Source: Octopus sinensis (lineage: Eukaryota). From it: a DNA stretch of 64,000 bases. Location of the stretch: assembly GCF_006345805.1 (NCBI RefSeq), contig NC_042997.1:187612001-187676000 (forward strand), in the 5' to 3' direction. Made by a program: the position numbers and the translations under genes. Below, in pieces: positions 63,384 through 64,000 of the stretch. The notes under the pieces are model-generated. The model ran no database searches and was not told where the DNA came from. It was given only the letters and a program-made list of their open reading frames with translations. Each line of letters starts with the position of its first letter. The first letter of the stretch is position 1.

Positions 63384-63390
63384 TATGTAT

Positions 63391-63427
<37 letters not shown>

Positions 63428-63441
63428 ACACACACACACAC

Positions 63442-63509
<68 letters not shown>
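63384..63509. repeat. (CA)n-(TACA)n-(TA)n compound microsatellite
   Basis: Direct reading. Confidence 0.9.
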
Positions 63510-64000
63510 GTCCATTATTTTTGCTCTTGTATTGGTCTCAGGCAATGAGTTACAAGCATGCAGGAATGTTGTCTTCAAAGGGTTTTAGTTGATCATACCA
63601 ACCCCACTACCTAATTGAATCTGGTTCTTATGATAATCATCTCTATTGAATTATAAGTTATATTTTTGACATAAAGCAATGTAATTCAGCACACTATTTA
63701 CACCAGTAAAAATAAACACAGAAATGCACTCATAAATATACAAACACATACATAGTGGGATTCTACACAGTTTCCATCAACCAAAATCCATGAAACAGGT
63801 CACTTTCATACTTATTAATATTATTCTTTAAACTCCAGACATGTGGTGAAGCAGCTTTCTGAGAGTCAGAATGAATGTGTATGTAGTGAGAATCTTGTTT
63901 TATAGGGATTTTCAGTAAGCCCTATATCACTTTTCTTGTTTCACAATTATTTACAAAGCAGGCCTTAGCTCAATAAACTAACACTTTATTTAGAAAGAGA

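Overview
Eukaryotic, AT-rich, repeat-dense genomic DNA, most likely from an octopus (inferred from characteristic SINE, RTE and mariner families; not database-confirmed). It is not prokaryotic, and no CRISPR, rRNA or intact tRNA genes were seen. The one real gene is a TET methylcytosine dioxygenase on the minus strand. I traced eight coding exons by hand (46253-43295, 32887-32797, 30303-30210, 27204-26996, 23406-23262, 21219-21130, 20165-20013, 19095-17113). All have canonical GT-AG junctions and join in frame to 5724 nt (1907 aa plus stop). The Cys-rich domain, the HxD...H iron triad and the 2-oxoglutarate-binding RxS are intact. The 5' end and any CXXC exon were not found in the window. The rest is intronic or intergenic and packed with transposon relics: L1/Tx1, RTE, CR1-group and Penelope retroelements, three SINE families, hAT MITEs, a Helitron, a Chapaev3-like element, mariner/Tigger fragments and microsatellites. 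I found no wholly new multi-gene system. The best leads are short linear motifs in TET's disordered regions (PLDLS, tandem PPxY, SID-like, SUMO), the missing CXXC exon, a structured variable-number tandem array in the RTE 3' UTR, and long fold-back hairpins in the TET introns. All counts and alignments were done by eye.
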